Positions 61,101-64,000 of a DNA stretch of 64,000 nucleotides are shown in pieces; positions within the stretch are counted from its first letter, which is position 1, and each line of letters opens with the position of its first letter. Origin of the DNA: Chrysemys picta bellii (lineage: Eukaryota); assembly GCF_011386835.1 (NCBI RefSeq), contig NC_088811.1, positions 18,848,001 through 18,912,000 on the forward strand, in the 5' to 3' direction. The position numbers and the translations under genes are program-made. The notes under the pieces are model-generated. The model was not told the origin of the DNA and did not search any database. It was given only the letters and a program-made list of their open reading frames with translations.

Positions 61101-61654
61101 GTCCCAGTGTCCCCTCTCGCTGGATCTCGGTGCTCCCACCCTCCATCCTTTGTGCTCTTGATCCAGGACCTCAGGAAGGAACCTCTGATGCGGGGGGGCG
61201 GGAGGGGGGGGTGGGGGGGGGAGTTGCCAGGCAGAGTGGATCCAGCAGCTTCTGGTCACTAATAAAACAGAAGTGGCTCTAGCCAGGAGCAGACCTGCAC
61301 TTGGCTTTGTAGCCAGACACTGCCACCACTCTGCCCCATCCAAGCACAATGCATCCTGCTCAAGGGGCCCCCATTCTCCCACCCAGTACAGGCCGAGGGG
61401 ACCCCACTGCGAGGGCTGACTGAGGGCCTGCTCCCGGCCACCACACACAGGGCCCTCTCAGGGTGGCGGAGTGAAGGCAGCCAGCTCCAGTGCACACCGG
61501 TTGGCTGCCTCCCTCCTCATGACGCTCCATCACTGGTTCTGCCGGTCACTGTATAGGCACAGGAGGTCCCTGAGCAGGGGAAGGGCAACATCAGCCCTGC
61601 AGATAACACTGGGCACCTCCCATGCAGAGAGCTCCAGGCCCTGGGGTCAGCGCC

Positions 61655-61785
61655 AGGCTCATTTTACAGAGGCGCAGGCTGAGGCCCAGACAGGGGATGT
61701 AGCTCTCCCGAGGTCTCAACGATTCAGTGGCAGAGTTGGGAACCCAGCTCCCACCTCCCAGTGCCCTGCTCTAACCACTAGAGCG
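61655..61785 (-). mobile_element. MIR/CORE-SINE-like fragment
   Basis: CATTTTACAGAGG..GCTGAGGCCCAGA...CAGTGGCAGAGTTGGGAA...GCTCTAACCACTAGA. Confidence 0.65.
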
Positions 61786-61840
61786 GACTGCCTCCAGACG
61801 TGGCAGGTGGCTGCCCTGTCACACACACACACCTTGCAGA

Positions 61841-61841
<1 letters not shown>

Positions 61842-61894
<53 letters not shown>
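61842..61894. repeat. (CA)n microsatellite
   Basis: Uninterrupted CA run of about 26 units. Confidence 0.98.
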
Positions 61895-61898
<4 letters not shown>

Positions 61899-63135
61899 AC
61901 AGTCCTTGTAGACTGGACCGACCGACCAAACACACACCTCCCTTGTGGTCCATGCATGTGCGTATGCGCGCACACGGGACTGGCCCTCTGCATGCTCAAG
62001 GTAATGGGAAATTTAGCACCGATGTGAAGTGGTGCGGGATGCAGAGGATCAGGGAGTGGCCATTCCACCACAAGCCCTGCCACTCACTGCAAGGGCCCAC
62101 GTGGTGTGCGCACCGGGCTCACCCCCCGCCCCCCGAATAAACAGTGGGCTTTGATCACTCTGAAATCACACTTCCCCTTCAGCATTCGGGAGCTTGCTAA
62201 CGTTTTTCCTTAATGAAATCAACTTTCACTGCAAGGCAAGAAGCACCACACCCACCCGCCCACCCTCTCACTCAGCGGAGCGGAGAACTGATTTTCTTGT
62301 GTCAGCCGCCAAATCCCATCCCTGGGGCAGTGCGGAGCCCGGCATGAACTTGCGACTTCCTGCCCCTGGAGTTGCATGTGCCCTGCCTACAAAGACCCTC
62401 TCTTACGGAGCTTGTGTGGCTGAAGACTAGCTGGAGCGCACAGACACCTGGCCACACCCCTTCCCAGGACCCAGCCCCGTCACCCCAGAGCCCTCTACAG
62501 GGTGGAAGAGTACAGAGCCACTCCCACACAGAGCCATTCTCCAGCGGGACGGACAGTGGTTTTGCAGGTGCATGATGCGAGGCAGGAGAAACGACCCAGC
62601 ACTTCCAGTACCAGCTGCAGTGAGCTGCAAACATCCAGTTGACACTGGACGTGCTCAGAGGCGAAACCCTCTTATTTGCATATTGCCCCTCTACCAGTTG
62701 TTCGGCTGAGGGTTATCGCTAGGAGAAGGGGGCCATGGTAAAGGGATTTGGGAGCACCCGGTGAGCCAAGCGGCTATGCTGGCAGCTCTACTCCGCACAC
62801 AAAGCCCACCCCAGCCTGGCAGGGCCCAAGACTTTCTCTTTAGATTAGAGACACCAGCAAAACCGCCATGACAAAGGGAGAGGGTCCAAGAGAGCCCAGA
62901 GGGGGGCTCTGCTCTGTGACAGGCCCTCCCATGACAGCAGTCGCCCCTGCAAGCACACAGACAGATGCCATGGCAACGACAAGGTACAGTACAAGGAAAC
63001 CCAACTCACCCTGGTTCTCTAGCACACTCCCAGGGGTCGCACCCGGCAGGGCGACTGACAGGGCAGGGCTGAAGAGTCAACTGTCTGGTGATAAACACAC
63101 CTGGTTGAAAACTCGGGGCATGGAAAACTCTGGTA

Positions 63136-63322
63136 CCCCTCTACCTCGATATAACATGACCCGATATAACACGAATTCGGATATAACGCGGTAAAGCAGC
63201 GCTCCGGGGGGTGGGGTTGCGCACTCCGGTGGATCAAAGCAAGTTCGATATAACACGGTTTCACCTATAACACGGTAAGATTTTTTGGCTCCCGAGGACA
63301 GCGTTATGTCAAGGTAGAGGTG
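63136..63322. mobile_element. Tc1/mariner (pogo/Tigger-like) MITE
   Basis: TA on both flanks; TIRs CCCCTCTACCTCGATATAAC / GTTATGTCAAGGTAGAGGTG; internal GATATAAC repeats. Confidence 0.88.
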
Positions 63323-63432
63323 TATTTGGGAATTCCTTTTTGTCCTGAGTCGGGACAAAAATATCAAAACGTTTGGTGGAACAGAAAGTTCTGAAAAACG
63401 TCCATTTGGAAATGTCTACACGTTTCATTTTG

Positions 63433-63780
63433 GATCATAGACTCAGATTTAAAGGTCAGAAGGGAGCAGCATGATTATCTAGTCCGACCTCCTGCAGACC
63501 GCAGGACACAGAACCTCATCCACCCACTCCTGTAAAAGACCCCTGAACTCTGGCTGAGTTGCTGGAGTCCACAAATCATGGTTTAAAGCATTCAAGTTAC
63601 AAAGAATTCACCACTTACACTAGTTGAAACCTGTGCCCCATGCTGCAGAAAAAGGCGAAACCCCCCCAGGGTCTCTGCCAATCTGATCCGGGGGAAATTC
63701 CTTCCTGACCCCAAGTCTGGCCATCAGTTAGACCCCGAGTATGTGGGCAAGACCCAGCAGGCAGATACCTGGGAAAGAAT
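63433..63780 (-). mobile_element. CR1 3' fragment
   Basis: ATCATAGACTCAGATTTAAAGGTCAGAAGGGA..TCTAGTCCGACCTCCTG; GGGGGAAATTCCTTCCTGACCCC. Confidence 0.85.
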
Positions 63781-64000
63781 TACGTGTCAGGGAAAGGCTG
63801 CTGGGATCCTTTCCCCACTGCCTCCTTCCATCAGAGCCTTTCCCTGCAGTGGTAAAAACTCCAGTAGTGGGACACTACACAGCTAAAAGCAGCGGCGTAA
63901 AAGGGGAGGTACTGCTTGGGACCAGAGACAGCACTGGGGGGTACATCGGCACAGGGTTCAGGAGTGTCTTTACTCCTCATATAAGCAGTGCCTCCCCGTC

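Noticed and set aside
62674-62745. Octamer ATTTGCAT followed by a 40-nt exon-like segment ending GCCATG|GTAAAG
   Set aside because: Suggestive of a leader exon, but there is no downstream coding exon in the window and the motifs are short enough to arise by chance.

Overview
Vertebrate genomic DNA, almost certainly from a turtle, judged from the tortoise-type tRNA/CR1-tail SINEs and the CR1, Penelope and hAT/Harbinger family signatures. I could not confidently identify any host-gene exon; the window reads as intronic or intergenic DNA. The ends are GC-rich and mostly unique, with several enhancer-like blocks, while roughly 31.5-54 kb is more AT-rich and packed with TEs. The centrepiece is a full-length, apparently intact 4,854-bp PIF/Harbinger DNA transposon (23106-27959) with a TAA target duplication and 16-bp TIRs. 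It carries a 427-aa DDE transposase and a convergent two-exon Myb/SANT gene whose splice phases join in frame. Inside the Myb intron, on the opposite strand, lies a third small gene with a 9-nt ATG micro-exon, a branch point, a 96-codon ORF and its own AATAAA. By eye its product looks like a stand-alone BEN domain, which would make this a three-component Harbinger. The window also holds an old Gypsy provirus with four nested insertions (48049-54222), a deleted chromovirus-type provirus (3182-5639), solo LTRs, many CR1 and hAT copies, Penelope remnants with hammerhead-like cores, and a tRNA-Ser pseudogene captured inside a CR1. Boundaries of degenerate repeats are approximate, and no database searches or alignments were run.
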